DNA from: Alkalispirochaeta sp.
Lineage (GTDB): Bacteria; Spirochaetota; Spirochaetia; DSM-27196; Alkalispirochaetaceae
Assembly (NCBI GenBank): GCA_965601745.1
Contig: OZ271836.1
Location: 2,147,222-2,211,221, forward strand
Length of the DNA stretch: 64,000 bases
Direction of reading: 5' to 3'
Both the position numbers and the translations under genes were made by a program. Position 1 is the stretch's first letter; each line of letters begins with the position of its first letter. Positions 62,768-64,000 of the stretch are shown here, one piece after another. The notes beneath the pieces are model-generated. The model was not told where the DNA came from, made no database searches, and saw only the letters and a program-made list of their open reading frames with translations.

Positions 62768-63709
62768 GTGGGTATTGCGAGGAAGCTCTTTGGGCCGGTG
62801 GTGCTCTTGCTGACGTTTGTGACTGTCGCCGTCGTTCTGTGGAGGACGACGGGAAAGATCTTTTTTCTTTTTAACTTTGGATACATCGGCGCGGCTGTCG
62901 CAGTTTGTGTCGGACTGTTCGGCATCCTACCGAAGAAAAAAAAGCCTCTGGCACGTCGGGTTGCGCAGACGCTCGTCGGCGGATATCTGCTGATCTTTCT
63001 TGGATTGATCGGGGGCGAGAACATGCAGTTGGAAGGTTTTTTCTTCCATTTGCTCGCGGGCTTCTTTGCGGCATCGATTATCCACTACCTCGTCGCCAAA
63101 GTGTTTGGTCCGCTCCTGTACGGTCGCGGATACTGCGGTTGGGCATGCTGGACAGCGATGGTTATCGACTTTCTCCCGTACAAAACAAACAAGAACGGCC
63201 GTCTATCCGCCCGTTGGGAATGGCTCCGTTACGCCCACTTTGCGCTGAGCCTCTCCCTCGTGCTTTTTCTCTGGTACGTCGTGCGCTACCGCCCGGATCC
63301 GTTAGGTCCCGAGAACTTTACCTGGTTGATTGTCGGCAACGTCTTCTACTTTGTTTCAGCGATCATCCTCGCCCTGGTCCTCAAGGACAACCGGGCGTTT
63401 TGCAAGTACCTCTGCCCTGTCTCCGTTGTATTAAAGCTGTTTACGCGTTTCTCGATGCTTAAGGTCGCGGCTACCGCCGATCGTTGTGTCGGGTGCAGCG
63501 CCTGTTCCCGGGCGTGTCCTATGGACATCGACGTGATGGGCTACATTCAGAACGGAGATCGTGTTTTGTCGACTGAGTGTATCGGCTGCCATACCTGCAC
63601 TCATACCTGTCCAACGGGGATTCTCACGCAGACCTTTTCCTTTGACGTCGGCGGGCAGGAGAGAATCCGACGACGCACGCAACCGAATATACGAGGAGCG
63701 AAGCGATGA
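62768..63709 (+). CDS. Polytopic 4Fe-4S-binding membrane protein (NapH/MauN-like)
   Basis: GTG 62768 is 5 nt after AGGAG. Six hydrophobic helices, CGWAC and CKYLCP motifs. C-terminal CVGCSACSRACP and CIGCHTCTHTCP. Confidence 0.75.
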   Translation: MGIARKLFGPVVLLLTFVTVAVVLWRTTGKIFFLFNFGYIGAAVAVCVGLFGILPKKKKPLARRVAQTLVGGYLLIFLGLIGGENMQLEGFFFHLLAGFFAASIIHYLVAKVFGPLLYGRGYCGWACWTAMVIDFLPYKTNKNGRLSARWEWLRYAHFALSLSLVLFLWYVVRYRPDPLGPENFTWLIVGNVFYFVSAIILALVLKDNRAFCKYLCPVSVVLKLFTRFSMLKVAATADRCVGCSACSRACPMDIDVMGYIQNGDRVLSTECIGCHTCTHTCPTGILTQTFSFDVGGQERIRRRTQPNIRGAKR

Positions 63710-64000
63710 AAGAGATAACACTGGAGGGATCGTTCTTTGAGATCGGGCGGCAATACGGACGCGCGTTTGCGAACGAGATCAAGCGCTTTGTGTTCTTTAC
63801 CAGGCTTATGGCCGCCGCCGCGGATGGTCCCGGGCGCGACTTTTTCCGTCCCAGAACAAAACACATGATCGGCGCGATGCTCAAAACTCGCGCGTTCAAA
63901 CGGCGCTATCGCCGAGTAGGAGAGGAGTACCAGGCCAGCATCGAACGGTATCATCCCGACGCCCTGCAGATGTTTGACGGGATGGCCGAAGCAACCGGAA
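63706..64000 (+). CDS. C45-family (acyl-CoA:6-APA acyltransferase-like) protein, partial
   Basis: Not in the ORF track because it runs off the right edge. ATG 63706 overlaps the upstream stop (ATGA). MKEITLEGSFFEIGRQYGRAFANEIK resembles the typical C45 N-terminus. Confidence 0.5.
   Translation, partial: MKEITLEGSFFEIGRQYGRAFANEIKRFVFFTRLMAAAADGPGRDFFRPRTKHMIGAMLKTRAFKRRYRRVGEEYQASIERYHPDALQMFDGMAEATG

Noticed and set aside
1-64000. Search by eye for CRISPR arrays, IS elements or integrases, prophage genes, toxin-antitoxin pairs, and tRNA, rRNA, tmRNA, RNase P and SRP RNAs.
   Set aside because: I found no regularly spaced repeats, no recombinase-like ORFs, and none of the conserved RNA signature strings I know. 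Absence is not proven without dedicated tools.

Overview
GC-rich bacterial chromosomal segment (roughly 55-60% GC by eye), densely coding, about 68 CDS. I found no rRNA or tRNA genes, no CRISPR array, and no transposase, integrase or phage genes.

The region 1-43.6 kb is core housekeeping, mostly in tightly coupled operons with many ATGA/GTGA/TTGA start-stop overlaps:
- Minus strand: hisF-hisH, a lipoprotein, type-2 ileS, a stand-alone PASTA protein, fmt-def-priA, family-4 UDG, truA, DUF2225, acpS, the cdaR-like gene with cdaA, miaA and rpoZ.
- Plus strand: topA-ackA-coaX.
- Then an OmpA-anchored FlgD-Ig repeat protein, parC/parE-like topoisomerase genes, trkH/trkA, and a glutaredoxin-like/FTR-like pair.
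- Then an alarmone-synthetase(TPR)/aldolase/Hpt operon, an AI-2E permease-thioredoxin-protease operon, a patatin pair, and a PGDH-like/G1PDH-like pair.

The region 43.6-64 kb looks accessory. It holds three TetR regulators and one MmyB-type XRE regulator, lipoproteins and small membrane proteins, RadC, a globin and DUF2237. It also holds a CPBP protease, flavodoxin-fold and MDR oxidoreductases, YdeI, a radical-SAM protein, an M20 peptidase and a secreted nucleoside hydrolase. A SAM methyltransferase, an RNHCP protein and an Fe-S/flavodoxin cluster complete it. By eye there are two lower-GC islets.

The type-2 IleRS, the short ParC and the TPR-fused small alarmone synthetase hint at a spirochaete-like organism (low confidence).

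No defence or mobile system can be demonstrated from sequence alone. The best leads are:
- an unlisted 30-codon bS22-like microprotein gene;
- the coupled SAS-TPR/threonine-aldolase/Hpt operon;
- the Grx-like/FTR-like pair with CFC in place of CHC;
- an unknown helical protein coupled to a patatin phospholipase;
- the PGDH-like/G1PDH-like pair;
- several exact palindromic operators, including one 15-bp site shared by two promoters 4.5 kb apart and a duplicated TetR operator cassette.
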